A DNA stretch of 64,000 nucleotides from NCBI GenBank assembly GCA_963674865.2, contig CAXXYE010000004.1, positions 32,001 through 96,000 of the forward strand, read 5' to 3'. The first letter of the stretch is position 1; every line of letters begins with the position of its first letter. The position numbers and the translations under genes are program-made. The notes beneath the pieces were generated by a model. That model was not told the origin of the DNA. It did no database searches and saw nothing but the letters and a program-made list of their open reading frames with translations. Below, piece by piece: positions 38,715 to 48,373 of the stretch. Origin of the DNA: Candidatus Hydrogenedentota bacterium. Lineage in GTDB: Bacteria; Hydrogenedentota; Hydrogenedentia; Hydrogenedentales; SLHB01.

Positions 38715-40812
38715 ACGTCTTCTACACTCTCGTTTTCTCTGGATAACGGGTGGTGTCATTCTCATCTTGGTTATCGGCTCCTCACTCTTCGGCGGGGAAG
38801 AGGAGGCGAGTGCAAGCGCGACAACCTTCGAGGTGCGCCGAGGCAACCTGTCCATCACGGTTGTCGAGGGGGGGAATGCGGAGTCTCTCGAGCCGCAAAC
38901 CATCAAGTGCGAAGTAAAAGGGCGTGAGGGGGTGAAGATCATCTCCATCGTCGACGAGGGATACCGCGTCACGAAAGGGGATGTCGAGGATAAGAAACTG
39001 CTCGTGGAACTCGACTCCTCGGAACTCGAAGACCGCATTAGGGAGCAGGAAATAAAGTACCAGACCGCCAAAGCCAGTCTTTCGGAGGCCCAACAGAAGT
39101 ATGAGATCCAGGAGAAGCAAAACGAGACGGATATTCAAGCGGCCGAGCGTGAGGCCAAGTTCAAGGGCATGGATCTTCAGAAGTATCTGGGGGATGTCCT
39201 GGCCGACGAGTTGATCGCCTCGCTGCATAGTCGCCGTGCCGCGGAGGAGGCCGGAGAAGTGGCGCGCGCCGCCGAAGAGGCGGCGAAGTCGGCTGAAGAG
39301 GCTGCCAAGGAGCAGCAGGCCGCGTTCGATAAGGCCACGGAAGAAGCGGAGAAGAATAAGGACTCTGCCGGCGCCGATGCGACGCCGGCCGCCGCGGATG
39401 GCCCCGCCGATGCGGCCGAGGAGAAGAAAGGCGAGAGCCAAGATGAATCCTCCGCAGATGCCGCTGTGACTCCGCCAGCGGAGAATCCGCCGGACAGGAT
39501 CGCCGAGACCAAATCCGAGCCTCCAAAGGAGATCCCTGAAGGCCCCGACCTCGACGCGTTGGCAAAGGCCGCCCGGGCGTCCGCCCAGAAAGCCGAGGAA
39601 GCTCGCAAGGCTGCGGAGGGAGCTTACAAGAGATTCGCCGAAGCTACGGAAGCGGCCCAAGGTCATGTGAAGGAGCGGGAGGGGGATAAGCGCTCCTTCG
39701 AGTCCGCTTTTGAACCTTTTGATTTCCGGCCGCTTTCCGACGATGCGCGGCTTGGGGGGGAGGCGGATCAGGAACTCGACAAGCTGGTTACCGATATCCT
39801 CCTGGGGGAGGAGGAGCTTCTCGCCGCGCGGAAGAAGCTTGACGGTACACAGAAGCTCTTTGATAAGGACTTCGTTACCGAGGTGGACCTCGAACAGGAC
39901 AAAATGGCCGTCAAGCGGAAGGAGATCAGCCTGGATTCGGCGAAGGTGAGCAAAGACCTGTATCTCCGCTACAAATTCCCCAAACAGGCCGAGGAGTTGT
40001 TCTCGCAGTATGAGGAAGCGCTACGGAAGCTCGACCGAGTGAGGAAAGAGGCCGATACCAAGCTCCTCAATGCCAAGGTGAACGTAGACTCGTCGGACGC
40101 CCGTTTTCATGTACAGGAAAAGGCCAGGGATGAGGCGCTCGAACAGCGCGACAAGTGCAAGATCGTCGCCGAACACGAGGGACTCATTGTCTACGGCGAC
40201 AGCAACAACTGGTACTCATGGGGACGCGCCGAGCCGATTCGGCAGGGCTCGCGGGTCGGCCATCAACAGACGCTCCTGACGATACCTGATATCACGCAAA
40301 TGGCCGTGAAGGTGAAGATCCATGAGTCGGCCATCAAGAAGATCAAGAAAGGCCAGAAGGCCAAGATAACCGTCGAGGCATTTCCAGATGAGAATCTGTC
40401 CGGTGAAGTGACGAAAGTGGGCGTGCTGCCCAGTTCGGAAAACCGCTGGCTCAATCCCGATCTGAAGGTCTACGAGGTGACCATCTCCGTGGAGGGCGTG
40501 CACGAATGGCTGAAGCCCGGGATGACGGCCGAGGTTGAAATCGACATCAACACGCTCGAAGACGTTCTCTATGTGCCGCTCCAAGCCGTGTCGAGCCAGG
40601 GCGATGACCGCGTCTGCTTTCTCGCAAGTCACGATCAGCGCGTGGTGGAAACCGGCGAGTTCAACGACAACTACATTGAGATCAAAGAAGGGCTTGAGGA
40701 GGGAGATGTCATCCTCCTGCGTCCTCTCCGAGCGGATAGCGAAAAGGAGCCGGGGGACAAAGGCGGCGAGGCGAAGGAAGAGCAGTCCTCGGAAGATGAG
40801 ACCACAACCTAG
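38677..40812 (+). CDS. Efflux periplasmic adaptor (MFP) with long coiled coil and low-complexity insert
   Basis: N-terminal TM, VDEGYRVTKGD lipoyl half-motif, LKPGMTAEVEI, GLEEGD. Confidence 0.88.
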   Translation: MSSSTPSRNRPLRRLLHSRFLWITGGVILILVIGSSLFGGEEEASASATTFEVRRGNLSITVVEGGNAESLEPQTIKCEVKGREGVKIISIVDEGYRVTKGDVEDKKLLVELDSSELEDRIREQEIKYQTAKASLSEAQQKYEIQEKQNETDIQAAEREAKFKGMDLQKYLGDVLADELIASLHSRRAAEEAGEVARAAEEAAKSAEEAAKEQQAAFDKATEEAEKNKDSAGADATPAAADGPADAAEEKKGESQDESSADAAVTPPAENPPDRIAETKSEPPKEIPEGPDLDALAKAARASAQKAEEARKAAEGAYKRFAEATEAAQGHVKEREGDKRSFESAFEPFDFRPLSDDARLGGEADQELDKLVTDILLGEEELLAARKKLDGTQKLFDKDFVTEVDLEQDKMAVKRKEISLDSAKVSKDLYLRYKFPKQAEELFSQYEEALRKLDRVRKEADTKLLNAKVNVDSSDARFHVQEKARDEALEQRDKCKIVAEHEGLIVYGDSNNWYSWGRAEPIRQGSRVGHQQTLLTIPDITQMAVKVKIHESAIKKIKKGQKAKITVEAFPDENLSGEVTKVGVLPSSENRWLNPDLKVYEVTISVEGVHEWLKPGMTAEVEIDINTLEDVLYVPLQAVSSQGDDRVCFLASHDQRVVETGEFNDNYIEIKEGLEEGDVILLRPLRADSEKEPGDKGGEAKEEQSSEDETTT

Positions 40813-40851
40813 GCGCGTTTCGCGGGGAACGACGGATTTCAGTGCGGCACT

Positions 40852-41541
40852 ATGGAAAACGTACACATCGCAAAGACCGAAGACCTCACCAAGACCTATA
40901 TGATGGGTGAAGTGAACGTCCAGGCTTTGCGGGGCGTGTCCATCGAGTTTCAGCAAGGTGATTATGTTGCCATCATGGGGCCTTCGGGCTGCGGTAAGTC
41001 GACGCTCCTTAACCTGCTAGGTTGTCTGGATCGCCCCACGTCGGGGCGGTACTACTTGGGCGAAGACGACGTATCCCGGCTGGATGACGATGCTCTCTCT
41101 ACGATTCGAGGCACGCGCATCGGCTTCATTTTTCAGTCGTATAACCTGATTCAGCAGTTGACGGTTCTCGAGAATATTGAGGTGCCGCTCTATTACCAGG
41201 GATACCGCGACGCGGAGAGCCGCCAACTGGCAGAGGACCTCGCCGGTGTCGTCGGATTGGAGCAACGCCTCGGCCACCGCCCCTACGAGCTTTCCGGCGG
41301 GCAGCAGCAGCGCGTGGCCATTGCGCGCGCCTTGGCCAACGACCCGCTCATTATTCTGGCCGATGAGCCCACGGGCAATCTGGATTCCGCGTCCGGCGCC
41401 GAGATCATGGACCTTTTTGCGGAACTCCACGAACTGGGCAAGACGCTCATCGTGGTTACCCATGAAGATGAGATTGGCAAGCGCGCCCGGCGCTTGATTA
41501 GGCTTCACGATGGACAAGTTGAGCAGGACACTCGCAACTAG
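40852..41541 (+). CDS. ABC transporter ATP-binding protein (MacB/LolD-like)
   Basis: [30 protein letters not shown]. Confidence 0.95.
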   Translation: MENVHIAKTEDLTKTYMMGEVNVQALRGVSIEFQQGDYVAIMGPSGCGKSTLLNLLGCLDRPTSGRYYLGEDDVSRLDDDALSTIRGTRIGFIFQSYNLIQQLTVLENIEVPLYYQGYRDAESRQLAEDLAGVVGLEQRLGHRPYELSGGQQQRVAIARALANDPLIILADEPTGNLDSASGAEIMDLFAELHELGKTLIVVTHEDEIGKRARRLIRLHDGQVEQDTRN

Positions 41542-42880
41542 TCGCCGCCCTTCCCAAGGCAGGCCGCATCATCCGCTGGCCCCCGTGCGTCTGAAGGGCA
41601 CGGTAGCGTTGGGGCTGAAGAGCCTTTGGAATCACCGGCTGCGCTCGCTGCTTACCATGCTGGGCATTGTGTTCGGCGTATGCTCCGTCATTGCCATGTT
41701 GGCCATCGGCGAGGGCGCGAACTATGAGGTACAGGAGCAGATCCGCCAACTCGGCAGCAACAATATCATCATCCGGAGCGTCAAACCTGTCGAAGAAAAG
41801 AAGAGCACCTCCGAGGCCACCTATGTTGTCGAATATGGCCTGACGTACGATGACATCGACCGCATCAAGACGACTATTCCAAGCGTGGAGATAAAGGTGC
41901 CCGGCCGCATCATGCGTAAGGACGTGTGGCGCGGCGCCAAGCGCGTGGACTGCGATATTTACGGCACCGTCCCCTGGTATACCGAAGTCAATAACCACCA
42001 TGTTGCCTATGGCCGCTTCTTCAATCGCGTCGAGTTGGAGGAAAAGGCCAACGTGTGTGTCATTGATGAAGGTACCGCCGAGACGCTATTCCCGCTCGAC
42101 GCCCCGATTGGGGCCACCGTTCACGTCGGCGCGCAGTACTACCGCGTCATCGGCGTGATGGAGCCAAAGTCGGCCCGGGCTTTCCAAGGAGATACCGAGA
42201 GCGAACAGCAGAATAACGGCGGCGGCAGCGGCGGCCATGCCGCGCACACGATCTTCATACCTCTCACGACGGCCAAAGAGCGCTTTGGCGAACTCCTCGT
42301 TGAACAGCAGAGCGGCTCCCGCTCTTACGAGCGCGTCGAGTTGCACGAGGTGACGGCCCAGGTCGTCCGGCAGGAGGATGTCATCGAAACCAGAGAGATC
42401 ATCGCCGCCCTCCTCGAGCGCCATCACAAAAAGCAGGACTACGAGATTATCGTGCCGTTGACGCTTCTTCGCCAAGCCGAGCGTACGAAGCAGATCTTCA
42501 ACGTAGTGCTGGGCGGTATTGCCGCGATCTCCCTTCTCGTGGGCGGCATCGGCATCATGAATATCATGTTGGCCAGTGTGACGGAGCGCACGCGTGAGAT
42601 CGGAATTCGCCGGGCCTTGGGCGCGAAGCGAAAGGACATTGTGGTTCAATTCCTCGTCGAAACCGTCATCCTCGCTGGTGTCGGCGGCCTCATCGGCGTC
42701 ACGCTCGGGATCTCGATACCTTTTTTCATCACCCATTTTGCCAAGATGAAGACCATCATCACCTTGTGGTCGCCCCTAACCGCATTCTCCATATCGGCCC
42801 TTGTGGGGGTGGTCTTTGGACTCTATCCCGCCTTCCGAGCCGCCAACATGGATCCCGTCGAGGCCCTCCGCCACGAGTAG
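41510..42880 (+). CDS. ABC transporter permease (MacB/FtsX family)
   Basis: RSLLTMLGIVFG, GGIGIMNIMLASVTERTREIGIR, DPVEALRHE. Confidence 0.95.
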   Translation: MDKLSRTLATSRRPSQGRPHHPLAPVRLKGTVALGLKSLWNHRLRSLLTMLGIVFGVCSVIAMLAIGEGANYEVQEQIRQLGSNNIIIRSVKPVEEKKSTSEATYVVEYGLTYDDIDRIKTTIPSVEIKVPGRIMRKDVWRGAKRVDCDIYGTVPWYTEVNNHHVAYGRFFNRVELEEKANVCVIDEGTAETLFPLDAPIGATVHVGAQYYRVIGVMEPKSARAFQGDTESEQQNNGGGSGGHAAHTIFIPLTTAKERFGELLVEQQSGSRSYERVELHEVTAQVVRQEDVIETREIIAALLERHHKKQDYEIIVPLTLLRQAERTKQIFNVVLGGIAAISLLVGGIGIMNIMLASVTERTREIGIRRALGAKRKDIVVQFLVETVILAGVGGLIGVTLGISIPFFITHFAKMKTIITLWSPLTAFSISALVGVVFGLYPAFRAANMDPVEALRHE

Positions 42881-42987
42881 GGAGCATTCCGAGGCCACTT
42901 CGCGAGTGTGGGCCGCCTCCCTTCGTCAGATTGTGGTAAGATCCTCCACGAATACGTTCCTGGCTGCTCGGACGACTGAGGAATTCA

Positions 42988-44193
42988 ATGGATATCGTTG
43001 CCAAACCTGTCGAAACCGACGAGGAGCTTCGCCTGGCTCATGACCTTATGGCCAAGGTTCATTTCAGCGACTATTTTGCCGGGATGCACTGGCTCGATGC
43101 GTATGGCGAGAGCTATCCCGGCTTCCGCCGCGAGCATACGCGCGTTGCGCTTTGTGAGGGCCAACTCGCGGGAGCGCTGCGCATCTACACGGAGACCATC
43201 CGCATCGGCGAAGCCCGCCTCAAGACGGGCGGCTTCGCCGCGGTGACCACGGCGCCCGGCTTCCGTAACCGGGGGATCTGCCGGCGGCTCATGCTTGACG
43301 CCATGGCCTACATGAAGCGGCACGGCTATCACATCTCGATGCTCTTTGGCATCCCGAACTTCTACCACCGCTTCGAGTTCGCTACCACGCTCGCGGACTA
43401 CGCCATCCTCGTCGAGGTCGTCGAGGCCGCCATGCCCCAGACGACGTGCAAGGCGCGGCCCGCCAAGCCGGGCGACATCCGCGATATCCAGAAGATCCAC
43501 AACATGAACGATCAAGGCGTCGCCTGTTCGCTCCTCCGCAGTGCGGCCCACCTCACCAACAAGTGGGAGCGCTGCAAGAACATGCAAGTGCTTCTCAACA
43601 CGCAGGGCAAAGTCGTAGCGTACTTCACCCCGCGCCGGGATAAGGAGCAGTTGACGGTTGATGAGGTGGGCGTGGCCGATGAAGTGGCCTGCGAGGCGGT
43701 TCTGGCCGCAGCGGCCAAGGTTGCCGGAGAAGAATCCGTCGGGCGCATCCGTTTCCACGTCCCGCCGCCGCATCCTTTTGCCCGGTTCCTGCTCCGGTAC
43801 AAGTCACGGCACGAGACTTACATCCTGCGTGACGCGGGCGGCATGATGGCCTTCATCGACATCGGCGAGTCGCTCGAACACATGATCCCGGAGTGGGAGA
43901 GTCTCCTGGCGCAAGCAGCCGCGCGCGATTATCGCGCCGAATTTACGCTGCTCGTTAACAAGGCCCAGTTCCGCGTGCGCGCGAATCGCGGCGCTATCGA
44001 TGTGGCCGGGCAATCCGGCAACAACAAAGTCAGCCTGAGTCCCGGCGAACTGATGCACCTCCTCACCGGCTACCGCTACGCCGAAGACATCCTCGCTACC
44101 CGCCGCCGCATCCTCACCCCCGAGGCGCGTGCCCTCATTATGGCCCTCTTCCCAAAGCGCACACCGTTCGTCTGGAACTTCGACAAGTTCTAG
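42988..44193 (+). CDS. Eis-like GNAT acetyltransferase with C-terminal SCP2-like domain
   Basis: VTTAPGFRNRG, LFGIPNFYHRF, about 400 aa, ends in DKF. Confidence 0.85.
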   Translation: MDIVAKPVETDEELRLAHDLMAKVHFSDYFAGMHWLDAYGESYPGFRREHTRVALCEGQLAGALRIYTETIRIGEARLKTGGFAAVTTAPGFRNRGICRRLMLDAMAYMKRHGYHISMLFGIPNFYHRFEFATTLADYAILVEVVEAAMPQTTCKARPAKPGDIRDIQKIHNMNDQGVACSLLRSAAHLTNKWERCKNMQVLLNTQGKVVAYFTPRRDKEQLTVDEVGVADEVACEAVLAAAAKVAGEESVGRIRFHVPPPHPFARFLLRYKSRHETYILRDAGGMMAFIDIGESLEHMIPEWESLLAQAAARDYRAEFTLLVNKAQFRVRANRGAIDVAGQSGNNKVSLSPGELMHLLTGYRYAEDILATRRRILTPEARALIMALFPKRTPFVWNFDKF

Positions 44194-44322
44194 TTCCCTT
44201 TCGCAGCGCGCCACGAAGCGGAACAGATCGAGGTACTCATCGTCCTTCTTGCGACTCGGCGGTATCCTTTCTGACGTGAATCTGGTCTTATACGTAGAGG
44301 ACCTTGATAAGGACATGCCGGC

Positions 44323-45570
44323 ATGAACGAGTTGCGTTGTTTGGTGGAGCAGGCGCGCGCGGGCGATTTGGAAGCATTCACGGAAGTGGTTCGGCGCTTT
44401 CAGGACATGGCCCACGGCTACGCGTACTCCATCCTGGGCGACTTCCACCTTGCGGAAGACGCTGCACAGGAAGCGTTTGTGGACGCGTACTACAAGCTGG
44501 ACAGCCTGCGCGAGCCCGCGGCTTTTCCTGGATGGTTTCGCCGCATTGTCTTCAAACACTGCGACCGCATCATCCAGAAGAAGCGCGTGCCCGCCGTGCC
44601 GCTGGCGGAAGGTATGCGCGTAGCCGAATCGGACCTGCAACGCAGCGAGATGCAGGAGCGCGTGCTCGAAGCGATTCGCGAGCTGCCTGAGCGCCAGCGG
44701 GAAACAACGACGCTCTACTACATCAACGGATACTCGCAAAACGAGATTTCGGACTTTCTCGAAGTCCCCGTGACGACAATCAAGAAACGCCTTCACGATT
44801 CGAGGAAGAAGCTGAAAGAAAGGATGCTAGGCATGGTAGAAGACACCCTTAAGAACAACGCGCCCGATGAGCGCTTCTCCCGGAAGGTGATTGATGAATT
44901 GCGCGCGAGGCCGAATTTGCTCAAGCTGAGTGACCACCCCGTGGCCAAGACGCTTGAAGCCATCATGCAGGCTTTGGCTGAGTATGAATACGTCGAAGGC
45001 GATGAGGTCATTGCCAGGACGGATCCGCGGAATGTCTACACGATAGACGTGCCCAAGGAGGCCTATCCTGTTGATGATGACCACGTCTTGCGCACCAGTA
45101 CCACGCCCATCGTGGAGCGCGCCGCCGTGGGGCGAACTCCGCCGGTTCACTTGATCACCGCAGGCCGAGCGTTCCGTTCTGGGGATGTTGACGGCCATCC
45201 GCATAGGGCAAACGTCTTTCACATGGTGGATGTATTGTGCATTGCGCCGGGAGTCACGGTGGACGACCTGCGCCGCACGTTGAAGCTGGCCGTGGCGGCT
45301 GGACTGGGTGAGCAGATCACTCGTTGGGAATTCGAAGAAGCGGCGTTTGCAGGCTATGTGGACTGCCTCCATGCGCGAATCCAAAACAAGGGCAGATTCC
45401 GCCAGGTCGCCGGAGCCGGCATGATTTCACCGGCCTCGCTTTCCAGCGCCGGTTTCGATCCAACGTCGGTGAGTGGCTTCGCCTACGGGATTGGCTTGGA
45501 GCGACTTACAATGCTTAGGCTCGGCTTGGATGACATCAAGGCGTTGTGGAAACCGCCCTATGTCCGCTAG
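44323..45570 (+). CDS. ECF sigma factor fused to a class II aminoacyl-tRNA synthetase (PheRS-alpha-like) catalytic domain
   Basis: Sigma regions AEDAAQEAF/FPGWFRRIV and EISDFLEVPVTTIKKRL; then HPV, LRTSTTP, GRAFR..FH, GAGMISP, SGFAYGIGLERLTML..DDI. Confidence 0.88.
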   Translation: MNELRCLVEQARAGDLEAFTEVVRRFQDMAHGYAYSILGDFHLAEDAAQEAFVDAYYKLDSLREPAAFPGWFRRIVFKHCDRIIQKKRVPAVPLAEGMRVAESDLQRSEMQERVLEAIRELPERQRETTTLYYINGYSQNEISDFLEVPVTTIKKRLHDSRKKLKERMLGMVEDTLKNNAPDERFSRKVIDELRARPNLLKLSDHPVAKTLEAIMQALAEYEYVEGDEVIARTDPRNVYTIDVPKEAYPVDDDHVLRTSTTPIVERAAVGRTPPVHLITAGRAFRSGDVDGHPHRANVFHMVDVLCIAPGVTVDDLRRTLKLAVAAGLGEQITRWEFEEAAFAGYVDCLHARIQNKGRFRQVAGAGMISPASLSSAGFDPTSVSGFAYGIGLERLTMLRLGLDDIKALWKPPYVR

Positions 45571-45630
45571 CCAGTGCCGAGGATACCGAGTGAGTGGCCT
45601 TGCCGTCGGCTATTTGCTCAAATACTCTCT

Positions 45631-45659
45631 TTGATCTAGCCGCGTCTCTTGGATATACT
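45631..45659 (+). promoter_or_regulatory. sigma70 promoter of tRNA-Leu
   Basis: TTGATC-N17-TATACT, 10 nt before the tRNA. Confidence 0.75.
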
Positions 45660-45669
45660 CTCGCTCCGT

Positions 45670-45756
45670 GCCGGGGTGGCGAAATTGGCAGACGCACCGG
45701 ACTCAAAATCCGGCGGGAGCAATCCCATGAGGGTTCGAGTCCCTCCTCCGGCACCA
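45670..45756 (+). tRNA. tRNA-Leu(CAA), 87 nt, CCA encoded
   Basis: Acceptor GCCGGGG/CTCCGGC, anticodon arm CCGGA-CTCAAAA-TCCGG, long variable arm, GGTTCGAGTCC T-loop, ACCA end. Confidence 0.97.
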
Positions 45757-46056
45757 CTCCTAACAATGCTGCGGGGGGACACGATCTACCGGCGCGGCCT
45801 CCGTGCGTGCCTTGCGCGAGGGGGCTTGATCCCACCTGGGGGCTTGTCTACCATCCTCTGTAGGCGCTCGGGGCGCCGCATACCTTAATGAGAGTGCCGG
45901 TGGCATTGGTCCATAGCCAAGGCCGCTAGAGCCCGGCTCCAATCGGCAGCGTTGACAGTGGGAAGTGAGTGAATTGTCCGACACGTGGGAAGTCTCTGGT
46001 GCAGGCAAAATGATGTCGTTTGCACCTCGTATATGTGCCTATTGGGTGGCCGGGGG

Positions 46057-48306
46057 ATGCTCTGGATGAGCGAGCACATCACGGATAGCCCGGCATCTGA
46101 TGGCGAAGTCGCGCGAGCCGGCCCGGCTGGTGATGGCAATGAGCAGCGAATCGGCGTCCACTTCTGGGATCTATGTGCTCTCATCGTATTGACGGCTTTG
46201 GCCCTCGCATTGCGCCTGCCCTTCCTCGGGGGGAACAGTCTCTGGCTCGACGAGTTTAACATCCTCGATTTCCTCAAGGCGCCGACGCTCTGGGAGGCTA
46301 TTAGGAGTGTTCCGCCGCCACACGGGCCCGGCTTGGCGGTGGTTATGTGGCCTTTTCGGGCGCTTTTTGACACGGATTTCGGCCTCCGGCTCATCCCGGC
46401 CCTCATGGGCGCCCTGAGCGTGCCCATCCTCTATTGGATAGGCAAGCGGCATTTTGACAGGACTACCGGCTTCGTGGCGGGCGTCCTATTGGCATGTGCT
46501 CCCGCCCACGTCGATTTCTCACGCCAACTCGAGTACTACCCCCTGTATGTCCTATGTGCCATCCTGGCTGTTTGGGCGTTCCTCGGAGCTTGGGAACGGC
46601 CGCAGGCGACGCGGTGGATACTGGCGGGAGTCTGCCTCGCCGCCACGCTGTTTTCGCACATCTTTGGCGTGTTCGCGCTGGGCATGGTATCGCTGGGCTT
46701 GGCGATGGAGGTGGTTTTTCGTCGAGAGCGCTTGCCGCGTCTGCTTGGCCTCGGCCTGACGTGGTGCGCCGCGGCCGCGCTATACCTGCCGCTGGTGCTG
46801 TATAGGCATGCCCATGACACGGTAAGCCGTGTGAAACTGGGCGCCAAGGTTATCGAAGGCCCGCATGAGCAATGGTTCTACTGGCTTTGGCGGCACGTCT
46901 CCAACCTGTGGACCGGCGGCCTGTATCTTCGCGACTTCCTGGTGCCGCCTGCTGTTCTAGCGTTTGCGTGCGCGCTCGTTTTGGCAGGAGTTGTTGCCTG
47001 CGCGAGGCGTCGCCGGGCGGCCTTGCTCGCGGCGCTTTTCCTGACGCTCTCTCCCGTTGCGACAATCGGATTCTGTATGTGGTATGGCTACACGCCCCAC
47101 GCGCGCTATTCACTTGCCTTTCTTCCCGGCCTAGCGCTTCTGATGGGTATGGGGACGTCGGCCCTGTGCCGCGTGGGGGCGCGGGGGGGAGTCGGGGGCG
47201 CGGCAGCGATGCTGGGCCTCCTAGCCGCGGCGGCGACGATTCTATACTGGAACGGAATGGCCCTTGCCACCTACTACACGGCTCCGGCCTATGAGGACTT
47301 CCGCGGTGTCTGCGCTTTGCTCGAAAGGGAGGCCGACGAGGAGGACGGGATCTTCTCTGACCTTCTGGACTACAGTTCGAAGCGAATGTTTGAACGCTAC
47401 GCCCCCAGTCTGGCGCCCCGGGTGATAGACACGAGCATGCAAGATATCTTCGAAGCGGCGCCGCCTTTCTTTGAGCGGGGAAAGCGCGTCTGGTATGTGG
47501 ATCGGTGGTCGATGCGTCCCAAAGTCAGCCAATGGCTCGATGAGTTGGGAGTGCGCATGTATAACGTCGCAGGCCCCGGTGGCTACGTGGCGCTCCTGAT
47601 TCCCAATCCTCCCTTCTCGCGGCAAGAGGCTGATGAAATGGCGTGGTCCGCAATGAATGTGGCGCTGGATGTCTTTCCGAAAGGCCAGCAGAAAACGCTA
47701 TGGGAGATGGGCGAACTCGTCTCAACGATGCAGGGGGGGGAGAGGCCGCCGCCTGCATGGTTTTTTCAGCGTCGTGCGCGAGAACTGGAGCGATGGCTGC
47801 GTTTCACGTCCATGTCCCGCCATGTGCGGATGCAGGTGGGGAAATCTTATTTCGCCGCGGAGGACTATGCAAACGCTGCTCGTTACTTCGCGTGGGCGCT
47901 TCGGCTCAGTCCCCCGCGGAAGCAGGCGCACTGCCGGGATGAGCTTGTCCTATCGCTCTTCAAGCTCGCCGAGGAGCTGAGCGCCGCAGGGGCCAGAGAG
48001 GTGGCCGCGGACGCGTATGTGCGCGCGTATGGAGAAGCTCGCCCCAAGAGCGTAGAGGCGTTGCGTTGTGCTGCCGCGATGTACCTCAAGAGTCCGGATG
48101 TTGCACAGGCGATTGCAGCGTACAGAGAGAGGTGTCGGAGGGAGCCGCGTAGGGCCGAATGGCATTTCATCCTTGGCACGCTGCTTTGGGAAATTGGGGA
48201 GAAGCAGGAAGGATGTCAGCACCTTCTATCCGCTGCCGAACTCGAGCCGCAGAACCGGGCGTTTGACAAGGCGCTCGCCGACTACTCTATCAGGCGTAAG
48301 TACTAG
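46057..48306 (+). CDS. GT-C fold (ArnT/PMT-like, GT39) glycosyltransferase with C-terminal TPR-like repeats
   Basis: SLWLDE, PPHGP, LRLIPAL.G, FSRQLEYY, many TM segments, TPR-like tail; start uncertain. Confidence 0.8.
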   Translation: MLWMSEHITDSPASDGEVARAGPAGDGNEQRIGVHFWDLCALIVLTALALALRLPFLGGNSLWLDEFNILDFLKAPTLWEAIRSVPPPHGPGLAVVMWPFRALFDTDFGLRLIPALMGALSVPILYWIGKRHFDRTTGFVAGVLLACAPAHVDFSRQLEYYPLYVLCAILAVWAFLGAWERPQATRWILAGVCLAATLFSHIFGVFALGMVSLGLAMEVVFRRERLPRLLGLGLTWCAAAALYLPLVLYRHAHDTVSRVKLGAKVIEGPHEQWFYWLWRHVSNLWTGGLYLRDFLVPPAVLAFACALVLAGVVACARRRRAALLAALFLTLSPVATIGFCMWYGYTPHARYSLAFLPGLALLMGMGTSALCRVGARGGVGGAAAMLGLLAAAATILYWNGMALATYYTAPAYEDFRGVCALLEREADEEDGIFSDLLDYSSKRMFERYAPSLAPRVIDTSMQDIFEAAPPFFERGKRVWYVDRWSMRPKVSQWLDELGVRMYNVAGPGGYVALLIPNPPFSRQEADEMAWSAMNVALDVFPKGQQKTLWEMGELVSTMQGGERPPPAWFFQRRARELERWLRFTSMSRHVRMQVGKSYFAAEDYANAARYFAWALRLSPPRKQAHCRDELVLSLFKLAEELSAAGAREVAADAYVRAYGEARPKSVEALRCAAAMYLKSPDVAQAIAAYRERCRREPRRAEWHFILGTLLWEIGEKQEGCQHLLSAAELEPQNRAFDKALADYSIRRKY

Positions 48307-48373
48307 GCCGCAGCGTGGCGCTCATTGTGGGGGCGCGAGCGGCGGTGTTGGCGGACTCGATAGGGCGTACCTG

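Noticed and set aside
44323..45756. ECF-PheRS protein as the housekeeping PheRS or as cognate synthetase of the adjacent tRNA
   Set aside because: Phe-pocket motifs are altered, there is no pheT, and the tRNA is a normal Leu(CAA) with its own promoter; adjacency may be incidental
45670..46056. tRNA-Leu as an integration site for a genomic island
   Set aside because: No integrase nearby, and I saw no duplicated tRNA 3' end in the window
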